From Clostridia bacterium (GTDB lineage Bacteria > Bacillota > Clostridia > Saccharofermentanales > DTU023), in NCBI GenBank assembly GCA_040766025.1, contig JAXGRH010000004.1, positions 78,779 through 142,778 on the forward strand: a stretch of 64,000 nt of DNA. The letters are read 5' to 3'. Both the position numbers and the translations under genes were made by a program. How positions within the stretch are numbered: position 1 is the first letter of the stretch; each line of letters starts with the position of its first letter. Positions 8,604 through 18,846 of this stretch are shown piece by piece. A model generated the notes under the pieces. The model had not been told where the DNA came from. It saw only the letters and a list, made by a program, of their open reading frames with translations, and made no database searches.

Positions 8604-9809
8604 CTAAGCGGTACGTCCCGGGTAGGCTTCGAGCGCAGCTTTCAAAACAAGCATCGCATCCTTCAGGTCATCCGTGTTTAACACATAGGCGACACGCGCT
8701 TCGTTCACACCCATGCCGGGTGTCTGGTAGAAGTTTTCTACCGGGGCGAGCATGACTGTTTTTCCGTCTAACTCAAAGTCAGTTAACAGCCAGATCGCAA
8801 ATTTCTCCGCGTTGTCGACAGGGAGTTTTGCCACCGCGTAAAATGCTCCTCCGGGTGTTTCGCAGAGCACACCGTCCATCTTCTGCAGGGCGTCTACTAA
8901 GATATTTCGACGCTCTTCATAGCGCGCACGGATGGGCGCGAAATAATCAGGATCAAGGTCATAAAGTGCCTTTGAGCCAATCATTTCAAGCGTCGGCACA
9001 CAGAGTCTGGCCTGGCCCAATTTCAGCGCGGCAGCCATCACCTCTTTATTCTTACTGGTCAGGGAGCCGATGCGCGCACCGCAGGCTGAGAAGCGTTTGG
9101 ATACGCTGTCGATGATGATAATGCGGTCGAGCACATCGGTCATGGTGCCAAAACTTGTGGCTTCTTTACCGTCGTAGCAGAATTCCCGATAAACTTCATC
9201 CGCGATGATGTAAAGATCTTTTTCGCGCGCGATATCGGCGACCATGCGCACTTCTTCGGCACTGTAGACCACACCTGCCGGGTTTCCGGGGTTGGACAAC
9301 AAAATGCCGCGCGTTTTCTCTGTGATGCGTGATTCAATCACCGCCTTTTCGGGCAGGGCAAATCCGTTTTCGGGGTAGGTTGTGATCGGACTGATCTCAA
9401 CTAAGTAGGGGGCCGCAAAACCTCTGTAGTTCGTGTAAAAAGGTTCGGGAACCAGCACTTCTTCACCGGGGTCACAGGCAATTAAAAGCGCCCATTGCAG
9501 CGCTTCACTCCCGCCGTTTGTGATGATGACATCCTCTGTCTCATACGGTAGGCCCATGCGCTGGTAGTAGGCCGCGATGCTCTCTCTTAAAGGCTCCCAG
9601 CCATTTGAATCAGCGTAGGCCAATACATCGATGTCCGCGGCGCGAACGGCTTCCATGAAGACTTTCGGTGTTTCGATATCGGGCTGACCGATGTTGAGAT
9701 GATAGACTTTTGTACCCCTTTTCTTCGCGGCGTTCGCGTAGGGAACAAGTTTTCGAATCGGAGATGCCTGCATGGCAAGACTTCGTTTGGATGTTCGCAT
9801 TTTGTTCAA
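8604..9809 (-). CDS. class I/II pyridoxal-phosphate-dependent aminotransferase (aspartate aminotransferase-like)
   Basis: 401 aa. ...LSNPGNPAGVVYS...IIADEVYREF...SVSKRFSACGARIG carries the PLP-lysine motif. Confidence 0.8.
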   Translation of the reverse strand: MNKMRTSKRSLAMQASPIRKLVPYANAAKKRGTKVYHLNIGQPDIETPKVFMEAVRAADIDVLAYADSNGWEPLRESIAAYYQRMGLPYETEDVIITNGGSEALQWALLIACDPGEEVLVPEPFYTNYRGFAAPYLVEISPITTYPENGFALPEKAVIESRITEKTRGILLSNPGNPAGVVYSAEEVRMVADIAREKDLYIIADEVYREFCYDGKEATSFGTMTDVLDRIIIIDSVSKRFSACGARIGSLTSKNKEVMAAALKLGQARLCVPTLEMIGSKALYDLDPDYFAPIRARYEERRNILVDALQKMDGVLCETPGGAFYAVAKLPVDNAEKFAIWLLTDFELDGKTVMLAPVENFYQTPGMGVNEARVAYVLNTDDLKDAMLVLKAALEAYPGRTA

Positions 9810-9876
9810 TCCCCCCTTATTTTTAAGAAGCTTTTACTTCAGCTGTTTCGCGTGCTTATCATAGCACAAACGGCCC

Positions 9877-9903
9877 AAATAAACGGAGGTCCGAGGACCT
9901 CCG
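9877..9903 (-). terminator. intrinsic terminator after the FucI-like gene
   Basis: CGGAGGUCCUCGGACCUCCG hairpin followed by UUUAUUU on the minus strand. Confidence 0.65.
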
Positions 9904-9938
9904 CTAAATTCATTGATTCGACCCGCAAGGCACCTGGC

Positions 9939-11141
9939 TCACGCTTCATAGGACTTGAAGAACTCTTCCACAAGTGCCTGATGATGCCCTAGGACAATCA
10001 TATGATGATTGGCGATCGGCCGGGTTGTAAAGTAATCAAGTCCGCTCGGAATCATAAGCTCCATCTGCGTGCGGCAGAGATTACTTTCATGCATGCTGTG
10101 GAGTAGTTTCGCGTCGGCGGCATAGAAGGTTTCAAAATCGTCCTTGCATTTGAACACGGTGCAGGCACCTGGCTCAAAGTCCGCCGCAACCGAAATACCC
10201 AAACCGCTTTCAAAATGGGTGGTCAGGCGATATTCGGGAGCCATATTGAGCGGCAGGATGCAGTGCGCGAACACGACTTTATTCTCACTGGGATAAAGGC
10301 GGGAAGGGTTCACCATAAACACAGGCTGCCCCGTCAGCTCCCCGATCACTGTCATGGACACAAGCGAACGGCTGTCACCCTCACAGGCGGCCCATATCCC
10401 TTCAGCGTTCAAGATGCCCAGAGCAAGACAGCCCGTAATACAATGGGGCTCCAAAAGATCGAAGCATCGGAGTGTAAAACCGTCGAGTTCATAGCGATCC
10501 ACAATCCGCCGGCAGGCGCCGTACACTTCAAGCGCGCGCTCCATCTCCTCACTGTCATAACCTTTGGCTTTCAACTCCAATGTCCATCGGTTGTCGGTGT
10601 AGGATTTTTTATCGATTTCACGCATAATCTCATCCATTGAAATATGGACGAGTTCCATCCCCGAACGCTCCAAGAGCATCTTTTCATCGACCGGACGACT
10701 GATGAGCCAGTCTGACTCTCCCGTCACGCCCAGGCGCATACCGGCGAGCTTATGGCGCGTATCGGCGACGCGCAGCAAAAGTTTCAGCCTGTTTGCGATT
10801 TCGTCAGGACTTCCGTGCAGAATCTCACCTTTTTCGCCCTGTTCATTTAAGTAAGATAAAATCTCCATGGACGCCGCAAGTGAGTTGTGCGAACGTGTCG
10901 TCAGCAATATATAGGGACCGTCGACGGATTCATAAATTGTTTTGAAAACCTGCTCTGAGCCCCCGGAACCAATAAAAAACAGTCGCAGCGACTGCTGTTT
11001 AAAAACCTCCAAATCTTCAGAAAATGTGAGCGACTCACCCAGTGATTTCTCAATTTCTCCCAGAAAATCTTCACAGGACTGGACAAGATTCGGATCACGA
11101 TTGTCGTCAGGTGCTTTTACCAACCAAACCAGTTTTGCCAT
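9939..11141 (-). CDS. L-fucose/L-arabinose isomerase-like family protein (COG2407-type), substrate unknown
   Basis: 400 aa. FTLRCFDLLEPHCITGCLALGILNAEGIWAACEGDSRSLVSMTVIGELTG resembles the FucI/AraA-like core as I remember it. No HMM was run. Confidence 0.45.
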   Translation of the reverse strand: MAKLVWLVKAPDDNRDPNLVQSCEDFLGEIEKSLGESLTFSEDLEVFKQQSLRLFFIGSGGSEQVFKTIYESVDGPYILLTTRSHNSLAASMEILSYLNEQGEKGEILHGSPDEIANRLKLLLRVADTRHKLAGMRLGVTGESDWLISRPVDEKMLLERSGMELVHISMDEIMREIDKKSYTDNRWTLELKAKGYDSEEMERALEVYGACRRIVDRYELDGFTLRCFDLLEPHCITGCLALGILNAEGIWAACEGDSRSLVSMTVIGELTGQPVFMVNPSRLYPSENKVVFAHCILPLNMAPEYRLTTHFESGLGISVAADFEPGACTVFKCKDDFETFYAADAKLLHSMHESNLCRTQMELMIPSGLDYFTTRPIANHHMIVLGHHQALVEEFFKSYEA

Positions 11142-11161
11142 TAACTAACCTCCCAATTGTT

Positions 11162-13039
11162 CTATCGCGTTCTCACGGCTTCCGGCAGGAGATTGCCGAT
11201 GATCGCGTCTATATTTTTGCCCTTAAGCGACTGCCAGGTAGCCTTCGTGCGCGCAAAATAATCCTCGATCTGAGCCAATTCAACACCGCGCCGTATCTTA
11301 AGCGTGGTCGTTTTCACCATGTCTTGCAAGCTGTAGAAATAGGAGCGGATCTCTTTGAACGACGGCAGGCCCCTATTCACATCCGCGATAATCGTGGCGA
11401 GCGCTTCGGCCATCTCAGCTTCCGTGGGTTCACGGTTGAGCTTATCGCGCAATTTATCCTGGTTGATCACGACTTTCGCGGTAATGACCACGTCACCCGC
11501 CGAGCCCGCATAACCAAAGACAAACGCGTCCCGGACCACCTCATGGCGGTACAGCAGTGCTTCCAATTATTCCTGGAATACTTTCTTGCCGCTCGGCAAA
11601 ACGATCATGGATTTGCTTCTGCCCGTAATGACAAGACTGTTCTTGCGTGTGAAGTGCCCGATGTCGCCGGTGTGCAGCCAGCCATCCTGATCAATCGTCT
11701 CAGCTGTGGCTTCAGGGTCATCTAAATATTCTTTCATGACAATGTCGGAGCGCACGAGAATTTCGCCTTCTCCTTTACCGCCATTGTCAATCGCGACGAC
11801 CACACCGGCAAGCGGCTGTCCGACCGTCTCAAACTCATTGACACATGTATTGCCACCTGAGACCACAGGGGATGCCTCAGTGAGCCCGTAGCCCGCTAAG
11901 ACTTCCACACCGATCGCTCGGAAGAATTTCAAGGTATCCAGTTCTACCGGCGCCGCGCCGCAGATGATGTATTTCAAATTGCCGCCCAATTTGTCCAGGA
12001 CGTCTTTCATGATTTTACGGCGTACGTCAATGCCCATCTTGTAAAGGAAGGTCGAAATCGACATACCCAATTTTAGTTTCTTCGCCTGGCCAGTTTTGGC
12101 CGCCTCGCTCATCACACGGCGGTAAATAGCGTCCAAAATCGCAGGCACCACAACGGTCAAATGCACCTTATGTTCTTCCAAATTTTTCCCGATATAGCGC
12201 AGGCCGTCAAACACATGAATGGTGCCGCCTAAGGCGATGACGGTCAGAAAACCGCATGTATTTTCAAATGCGTGATGAATGGGAAGCATGGACAAGGTGT
12301 ACAAAGGAGGCGGGAAGTAGACGGATCCCAGAAGCGCTACGACGTCCGCAACGATTGATTTATTGGTCAAAACGGCCGCCTTCGAGGTGGCGCTTGTCCC
12401 CGATGTAAATAAGATTGCCGCGTCATCTGTCGGATCATTAGGCGCAAGCAGTACAGGATCATCGCCTGGCGTCGGAAGCTTGGCCAGCTCGTCATCGAGA
12501 CTATAAAGATGCTCATTTAGCTGTGAAGAAGCGATGCGCTCGCGAAGCGGCTCAGGGGCAACACCCCGGTCCATGACCACGCGGTGGGTCAATGCCGGCA
12601 GTTCGTCGACCATCTTGTCCACATGTTCATGCCAATCAGCGTCGTAGATGAACATCACGGAACCGCTTCTTTCAAGAATCGGTTTCAATTCATCCGGTTT
12701 CAACAGCCGGTCGATGGGCACGATGACGCCAAACCCTGAGGCTACCGCAAGCCAGGTCACCATCCAAAGGTAGCTGTTCTCGCCAATTAAAGCGATGCGG
12801 CTGCCTACGGGCAGTTTCTCCTGGAGCCAAATTTGCATTTTTTCGACATCGCGCGCCAAGTCACGATACGTACGGGATTGAAGCTCGCTGTCTCGGGGTC
12901 TCACACGCCAGCGCACCATCTCGCGATCGGGAAACTTCTGATAACCCATGAGGACGATGTCTCGTAACAGTTCTATAGGGGGCGCGTCATACCAGACCTT
13001 ACCGGTGACGATCTGCATCGCGCGACTATTTTCTTTCAT
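11162..13039 (-). pseudogene. AMP-forming long-chain acyl-CoA ligase interrupted by one in-frame TAA
   Basis: The 490-aa ORF carries FTSGTSATSKAAVLTNKS and GYGLTEASPVV...WLHTGDIG...ITGRSKSMIVLPSGKKVFQE, then TAA at 11569-11567. The same frame continues directly as LEALLYRHEVVRDAFVFG... (134 aa), which is the C-terminal subdomain of the same enzyme. Confidence 0.75.
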
Positions 13040-13076
13040 TTTACGGCGTAAGCCTCCTTGTTTTCTTTGATCAGTC

Positions 13077-13583
13077 TTAGTGGGGGAACAACCACCCGAA
13101 CAGCATGATATGACTTACCGTCACTGCCGCAATAAATATCAGGGCAACAATCGCGATCAGGGTGCCGGCAATGCCGAGCGCCCGCCCATCGCTTTGACGC
13201 CGCCGCGAGAGATGCGCACCGATCGGTGTGAGCACAAGGCCAAACAAGGCCAACAGCGCGCTCACGCTTCCGATCGAGATCGTCGCGTAGTAATAATAGT
13301 TGAGCAAAAATTCCTTTGCGCCCTCATAAAACAGGTACTGGTCAAATGCCTCCTTGTAAAAAGGCATTAAGAACAGGCTGAGCAAGGCGGCTGTGAACCC
13401 AAATCCGGTGAGTCCGGGTACCCCCGTTTTCACTTTCTTCGGCTTTGGTTCAGCATAGGCAGGCGCGTACGCCGGCAATGGCGCCACATAAGGCACCGCG
13501 GGTTCTGTTTGAACCGGTGGATCAGTTTTCATCGCTTCGGTACTTTCGATTGTTTCGAATGGTTGACTTGGCTCTGTCATCAT
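13077..13583 (-). CDS. hypothetical membrane protein with Pro-rich N-terminus
   Basis: ATG at 13583 follows GGAGGAG. About 4 TM helices follow a Pro/Ala-rich region. Confidence 0.4.
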   Translation of the reverse strand: MMTEPSQPFETIESTEAMKTDPPVQTEPAVPYVAPLPAYAPAYAEPKPKKVKTGVPGLTGFGFTAALLSLFLMPFYKEAFDQYLFYEGAKEFLLNYYYYATISIGSVSALLALFGLVLTPIGAHLSRRRQSDGRALGIAGTLIAIVALIFIAAVTVSHIMLFGWLFPH

Positions 13584-13730
13584 GCTCTCCTCCCCGCGGT
13601 ATCCGCGCAATCTTCGGCTTTTGGACTGTGTCTGTATTATCGCACGAGTTAGCGCATATGCGTGACACTGTAACGGATGACAATTGAATTCTTATTGACA
13701 ATTCATGTCCTCTTTATGACCTTGGGTGAT

Positions 13731-14735
13731 TTAACTTAAGAAATCACTGAAGATTCTATCAAATAAGGCATTGACACTCGACTGAGCCTCCGACGCCAAG
13801 CTTTCATAGCGGTAAAGCAAATCGCGGCCGGCGTCCGTCAAACGAGAACTGCCGCCCTCCTGCCCCCCCGTCCTTCGCTCAATCACCTGCTGCCCCAGCT
13901 GTTCCTCTAAGAGATTTAAAATTTGCCATCCCTTGCTGTAGGACAGCTTCATGCGAACACAGGCGGTACGCACAGAACCGGTCTCATCGATGAGCCGGAG
14001 AAGCGTGGCGGGTCCGGGCCCGAAAAATACTGTTTCGCGCGCCAATCCAAGTTTTATGCGGGCGCGCATCGGCAAATGTAACGCCGTCCCTTGAGCCCCC
14101 AGATCGTCATCGAAGTCTTCTGTGACACTTAAAGCCGACAAAATCCCCTGATCCGGCACCTCAATTCTTTCCACATATTCCGGGGCTATCCGGGTGAAAT
14201 CCGACAGAGTCCCGTCACCTTTAATTTTTTCGAACTCTGAAACGACCGCCTTATCAAACACAATCGGCAGTCCCTCAATCCCTTCAAACACCGGTACGCT
14301 CAAAGGGCTTTTGGACGAGAGTAACTGTGTTAAGGTCTCTGTCGATACCGCGGGAATTAAAGGGGTTGCCAGAAGGATCTTTTTGCAGGCGTCGCAGGTT
14401 CTCGATACATACAAGATCCCCTCCATCGCGTCTGCGAATAGGGAGCTGTCTTTCCAGTTTTCGATATTCAGGCAGACCACGCCCATCTTGGAAAGATTGC
14501 GCTCCAGTTGTTCATTTTCAAATCCGGTGATGACCACGATGGGAGCGACGCCGAGGGTTTGCAAGCGGATGATCACCCGCTCTAAAAAAGTCACCTGACC
14601 CGCTTTAATCATCGCGGGCAAGACACGCTTTCGCCCACCGCTCAAACCGGAGACAGAGTCTTTCGGTTCGAGCGGTTTTGAGGCGACAATCACGGCCGCC
14701 CCGCGAAGTACATTTGTTTTCAGCGGGTTGTTCAC
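13731..14735 (-). CDS. MobA/MocA-like nucleotidyltransferase domain fused to a ModE-type winged-helix DNA-binding domain
   Basis: The N-terminus AAVIVAS...GGRKRVLPAMIKAGQVTFLERVI...VVITG is MobA-like NTP-transferase. The C-terminus GSVRTACVRMKLSYSKGWQILNLLEEQLGQQVIERRTGGQEGGSSRLTDAGRDLL is ModE N-terminal-like HTH. Confidence 0.55.
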   Translation of the reverse strand: MNNPLKTNVLRGAAVIVASKPLEPKDSVSGLSGGRKRVLPAMIKAGQVTFLERVIIRLQTLGVAPIVVITGFENEQLERNLSKMGVVCLNIENWKDSSLFADAMEGILYVSRTCDACKKILLATPLIPAVSTETLTQLLSSKSPLSVPVFEGIEGLPIVFDKAVVSEFEKIKGDGTLSDFTRIAPEYVERIEVPDQGILSALSVTEDFDDDLGAQGTALHLPMRARIKLGLARETVFFGPGPATLLRLIDETGSVRTACVRMKLSYSKGWQILNLLEEQLGQQVIERRTGGQEGGSSRLTDAGRDLLYRYESLASEAQSSVNALFDRIFSDFLS

Positions 14736-14740
14736 ATCAT

Positions 14741-17317
14741 TTAAGATTTTTTCTTGCGGTAGAACGTGTCCTCCATGGGGAGACTTGTCCGCATCTTCCC
14801 GTCCAGCCTGTAGTAAGCATGCGCGACAGAAGGCGCGATCGGCACGCAGGCAAGCTCACCGATTCCGCGAGCCCCGTAGGCGACATCCACGTATCCCGGG
14901 CCCTTCACAATATGGGTCTCCATCTCAGGGATGCGGTTCGCGCGGAACAGGCCATAGGTCCCCAGTTTAAATTTCGGGATGCCTCCGGGATTGACAAATT
15001 CTTCTGTCAAGGCGTAGCCAAGGCTCATGACACAGCCGCCTTCGATCTGACCTTCAACGGCGGTAATGTTCACCGGCGTGCCGACGTCATAGGCACCGAC
15101 CATTTTTTGGAGTTCGCCTTTTTCATCGATCAGGGCAACCTCACAGCCATAGCTGTAGCCGATATGGCTTACGGGGTTCTCTTTATCGGAACCGAGCGGA
15201 TCGGTCGGGGGACCAAATTCACCAAAGAATTCCATCCCTTCGATCTTTGAAATATCGCCTCCGGCAGCGTCAAGGGCCGCTTTCAAGTCGGCCGCCGCCT
15301 GACGCGTCGCCTCACCTGTGAAGAGGGTCTGCCTTGAGGCGGTACTCGTCCCCGCGTCCGGTGTGCGATCCGTGTCGGGCATCTCGAAGACAGTATCGGT
15401 GACCTCACAGTTCAATGTCTGACACACGATGGCAGTGACCATCTGCGCGACGCCCTGCCCGGAGCAAGCCGCCGATGTGCGAATGTGAATTTTGCCCTTT
15501 TCAACCGACAAGGTGCAGCGCCCGAAGTCAGGCACGCCGACCCCGAGTCCGCTGTTTTTAAAGCCGCAGGCAAGTCCCGCGTAGGGGCTTGAGTCGTAAG
15601 CCTCTTTTACGGCTTCGAGGCACTCGGCCAAGCCGCAGCTCTCGTCCACAATCTGGCCGTTCGGCAACACATCGCCGGGCCTTACGACGTTGAGGTAGCG
15701 GAAATCCCAGGGATCCATCCCGCATTTAGCGGCCAAAAGATTCAGGTTCGATTCCATGGCGTAGCAACTTTGCGTGACACCAAAACCGCGGAAGGCACCG
15801 GATACGACATTATTCGTATAGACGGCCTTGCCTGTGATATCAACATTTTGGAAATTGTAAGGGCCGCCCGCGTGTGTACAGGCCCTTTGGGTAACAGGGC
15901 CGCCCAATGAGGCGTAGGCGCCCGTGTCCGCGATGATCTCCGCGATAAGCGCGGTGATTCTTCCATCCGCGTCGCAGGAGGTAGTCATCTTCATCGTCAT
16001 GGGGTGGCGCTTGGTGTGCATGATCGTGCTCTCATAGCGCGACAGCGTCACGTTCACACGCAGGCCGGTCTTCCATGCCAACAGTGCCGCGTGATGCTGC
16101 ACACTCATGTCTTCACGGCCACCAAAGGCGCCGCCGACCAGGGCGGAGCGGATATGAACCTGCTCCGGTTTAAGCTGCAGCATATTCGATACTTCGCGCT
16201 GTTCATCGTAGATGGACTGCGACGCCGTGATCATATGGACGCCGCCATCCTCTGAGGGCCAGGCAATCGCGGTTTCTGTTTCCAAGAAAGCGTGCTCTTC
16301 CCAAGACACGCGGTAGGTTTCTGTCACCACATGCGCCGCTTCGGCCACCGCTTTATGCGCGTCGCCGCGAATCAGGCGTTCACTTGACAGGATGTTGCCG
16401 TTCTTATGGATCTTCGGGGCGTCTTCTTTCATCGCCTCGAAAGGATCCAATACCGGTTCAAGTTCTGTGTAATCGACTTCGATTAAATCGAGCAGCTCTT
16501 GGAGGCTTTCGCGTTTTTTCGACGCGACCAAGGCCACAGAATCCCCGATAAAGCGCGTGACTTCCCCTTGGGGGATCATGACATCCCAGTCCTGGACAAT
16601 ATGCCCTATGGTGTTGTTGGGGACGTCTTTTGCGGTCAGCACCGTAATGCAGTCAGGATGCTCTAAGGCTTTTGACACGTCGATACGATTCACGCGTGCG
16701 CGCGGATACGGCGTGCGAAGCGCCCTGCCGTATACCATGTCATCAAATTGGAAGTCATCAGGGAATTTGCCCGTGCCAAGCACCTTTTCGGCGACGTCGA
16801 CACGTGGCGACCGGTCCCCGACGCGTACGTCGAAATCAAGGGACGGAACCTCTTCACCTGTCGCAAAAAAGCGCGCGGCCATTTCGATCGCGTCAATGAT
16901 CTTTTTGTAGCCAGTACAGCGACATAAATTGCCCGTGATCGCCTTCGCGATATCGTCTCGCGTAGGCTCGGGGTTTTTATCAAGTAGCACCTTGGCGGCC
17001 ATAACCATCCCCGGCGTGCAGTATCCGCATTGCACGGCACCCGCCTCCCCGAAGGCGTGAACGTAGACTTCCTTTTCTCTTGGCGAAAGGCCCTCTACGG
17101 TAATAATGTTTGCGCCGTCATAGCGTGAGACTTTCATTATGCAGGCTTTGACAAGCTTACCGTCAATATCGACGGAGCATGTTCCGCAGGCGCCCTCGCT
17201 GCATCCATCCTTGACAGAAGTAAGTCCGAGATCGTTTCTTAAGAAATCGATGAGCCGCTTATCTTCTTGGATGGTATATTGTTGATCGTTGACCGTTAAA
17301 GTCCAGGACATGGTCAT
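14741..17317 (-). CDS. molybdopterin-dependent hydroxylase with two N-terminal [2Fe-2S] domains and no FAD domain (xanthine dehydrogenase/aldehyde oxidoreductase family; selenium-dependent Mo-hydroxylase type)
   Basis: 858 aa. CSEGACGTCSVDIDG and QCGYCTPGMVM...CRCTGY are the [2Fe-2S] motifs. The Mo-binding body includes GGAFGGREDMS, and the ...CVPIAPSVAHAY tail follows. Confidence 0.8.
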   Translation of the reverse strand: MTMSWTLTVNDQQYTIQEDKRLIDFLRNDLGLTSVKDGCSEGACGTCSVDIDGKLVKACIMKVSRYDGANIITVEGLSPREKEVYVHAFGEAGAVQCGYCTPGMVMAAKVLLDKNPEPTRDDIAKAITGNLCRCTGYKKIIDAIEMAARFFATGEEVPSLDFDVRVGDRSPRVDVAEKVLGTGKFPDDFQFDDMVYGRALRTPYPRARVNRIDVSKALEHPDCITVLTAKDVPNNTIGHIVQDWDVMIPQGEVTRFIGDSVALVASKKRESLQELLDLIEVDYTELEPVLDPFEAMKEDAPKIHKNGNILSSERLIRGDAHKAVAEAAHVVTETYRVSWEEHAFLETETAIAWPSEDGGVHMITASQSIYDEQREVSNMLQLKPEQVHIRSALVGGAFGGREDMSVQHHAALLAWKTGLRVNVTLSRYESTIMHTKRHPMTMKMTTSCDADGRITALIAEIIADTGAYASLGGPVTQRACTHAGGPYNFQNVDITGKAVYTNNVVSGAFRGFGVTQSCYAMESNLNLLAAKCGMDPWDFRYLNVVRPGDVLPNGQIVDESCGLAECLEAVKEAYDSSPYAGLACGFKNSGLGVGVPDFGRCTLSVEKGKIHIRTSAACSGQGVAQMVTAIVCQTLNCEVTDTVFEMPDTDRTPDAGTSTASRQTLFTGEATRQAAADLKAALDAAGGDISKIEGMEFFGEFGPPTDPLGSDKENPVSHIGYSYGCEVALIDEKGELQKMVGAYDVGTPVNITAVEGQIEGGCVMSLGYALTEEFVNPGGIPKFKLGTYGLFRANRIPEMETHIVKGPGYVDVAYGARGIGELACVPIAPSVAHAYYRLDGKMRTSLPMEDTFYRKKKS

Positions 17318-17356
17318 TTCCTCCCCTAATTTTTAAATCATTTATTGTATCGCCAC

Positions 17357-18760
17357 TTAACGAATATCCACGTTCGGAAGTTTGCGTTTTAAGTATTGTC
17401 CGTCCGCTTCCTCAATCACAATCTTACCAGAGGCAAGCTTCCTTCGTCCGCGCAAGAATACATCGCGAATCTTTCCATTCATGGCAAAACCCTCGTAGGG
17501 TGTATAGTCGCAATTTTCGTGCAGCGCCTCCGATGTCAGCGTCCATTCAACATGGGGATCCAGAACGACGATGTCGGCGTCACTTCCTGCTTGGAGGATG
17601 CCTTTTTTCGGGTACAGGCCAAAATGTTTGGCCGCGTTGGTGGATGTCACGACCGAGTAGCGGTTGATATCCATACGCCCCTTGGCAACGCCATGGGAGT
17701 AAAGCAAGTGCATGCGTGTTTCAATCCCGGGGGCGCCATTTGGAATTTTTGAAAAATCATCACGACCCATTTCTTTTTGACCGACAAAATTGAAAGAGCA
17801 GTGATCGGTTCCGACAAACTGGATCTCCCCCGATGCCAGTCCGTCCCAGAGGGCCTCCTGATCGCGGCGTTCGCGCAAGGGCGGACTCATGATGTACTTC
17901 GCTGACTCGAAATCGTCGCTTGACGCAGTACCGTAGCGCGATGAATCAAGCAGCAAATACTGAGGGCATGTTTCAACAATGACTCCTATCCCGCGTTCCC
18001 GTGTGCGCTTAATCGCCGATAAGCCCTTCGCGGTCGACAGGTGAACGACATAATGATGGGCATTCAAAAGGGAGTTCACAGCCTCCAGCCGAACGATTGC
18101 CTCTTCTTCGAACACATCCGGGCGCGTCAGCTGGTGGTAGTAGGGGGATAGATGTCCCTTCGCCCGTTCTTCTTTTACCAACACATCGATGAGTAAGCCG
18201 TTTTCACAGTGAAATCCGATCGTCGCGCCAAGGCGTTTTGTTTCCTCCAAGGCGTCGTAGATTTCATCTTCTTGCACCATCATGTTGTTCTTGTACGCCA
18301 TGTACATTTTAAAAGAACTGATCCCGCCTGCCACAACCTCTTCCATCTCGGCTTTTAACGATTGATTCCATTCGGTCAGCGCCATATGAAATCCATAGTC
18401 GATGGCACAGTTCCCGTCGGCCTTTTCGTGCCAACGCTGAAGTCCGCGCGCCATGCATTCGCCGTGGAATTGCGTCGCAAAGTCGATGACGGTCGTCGTC
18501 CCACCCGCAAGCGCCGCGCGCGTGCCCGTCGCAAAATCGTCAGCGGTGACGGTGCCCATCGATTCGAGTTGGAGGTGGGTATGTGTTTCAATGCCTCCGG
18601 GCAATAAATACATGCCCGTACAGTCGATCACTTCCTCTCCCGGAAGGGGTGAAAGATTTCCGACCGCCTCGATGACTTCACCTCGGATGCGAATATCGCC
18701 TTGTATTGTCTCGTCGGGGAGGACAACGTAGCCGTCTTTCAGCAAAATTGTCTTTTCCAT
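17357..18760 (-). CDS. hyuA: dihydropyrimidinase/D-hydantoinase-type cyclic amidohydrolase (HyuA/YgeZ-like)
   Basis: LLPGGIETHTHLQ..., FKMYMAY, VVHLSTAKG and FVGTDHCSF are metal-ligand motifs of hydantoinases. Start moved to the ATG at 18760 (MEKTILLKDG) after AGAGGAAA, because the track's extension crosses a hairpin. Confidence 0.8.
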   Translation of the reverse strand: MEKTILLKDGYVVLPDETIQGDIRIRGEVIEAVGNLSPLPGEEVIDCTGMYLLPGGIETHTHLQLESMGTVTADDFATGTRAALAGGTTTVIDFATQFHGECMARGLQRWHEKADGNCAIDYGFHMALTEWNQSLKAEMEEVVAGGISSFKMYMAYKNNMMVQEDEIYDALEETKRLGATIGFHCENGLLIDVLVKEERAKGHLSPYYHQLTRPDVFEEEAIVRLEAVNSLLNAHHYVVHLSTAKGLSAIKRTRERGIGVIVETCPQYLLLDSSRYGTASSDDFESAKYIMSPPLRERRDQEALWDGLASGEIQFVGTDHCSFNFVGQKEMGRDDFSKIPNGAPGIETRMHLLYSHGVAKGRMDINRYSVVTSTNAAKHFGLYPKKGILQAGSDADIVVLDPHVEWTLTSEALHENCDYTPYEGFAMNGKIRDVFLRGRRKLASGKIVIEEADGQYLKRKLPNVDIR

Positions 18761-18779
18761 GAATTTTCCTCTTGAAAGC

Positions 18780-18808
18780 GCTGTGCCGGATACGTGATCC
18801 GGCACAGC
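18780..18808 (-). other. intercistronic GC-rich hairpin (ssnA | hyuA)
   Basis: GCUGUGCCGGA [7-nt loop] UCCGGCACAGC, an 11-bp stem with no clean U tract. Confidence 0.5.
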
Positions 18809-18846
18809 CGTTAAACTGTTGCTTCGTTAAGCTAAGGCCGCCATAA

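Noticed and set aside
11567-11569. Programmed recoding (Sec or Pyl) at the stop inside the acyl-CoA ligase, given the Sec machinery in the window.
   Set aside because: The codon is TAA, not TGA or TAG, so Sec or Pyl insertion does not apply. Nonsense mutation or base-call error is the simpler explanation.
11042-11725. 227-aa plus-strand ORF. Similar long ORFs occur at 24112-24876, 34561-35235, 38550-39095, 39665-40255, 5574-6095, 27145-27615 and 26608-27075.
   Set aside because: All lie antisense to well-supported conserved genes. They have low-complexity Arg/His/Gly-rich translations, no RBS and no recognisable motifs. They are typical spurious shadow ORFs in GC-rich coding DNA.
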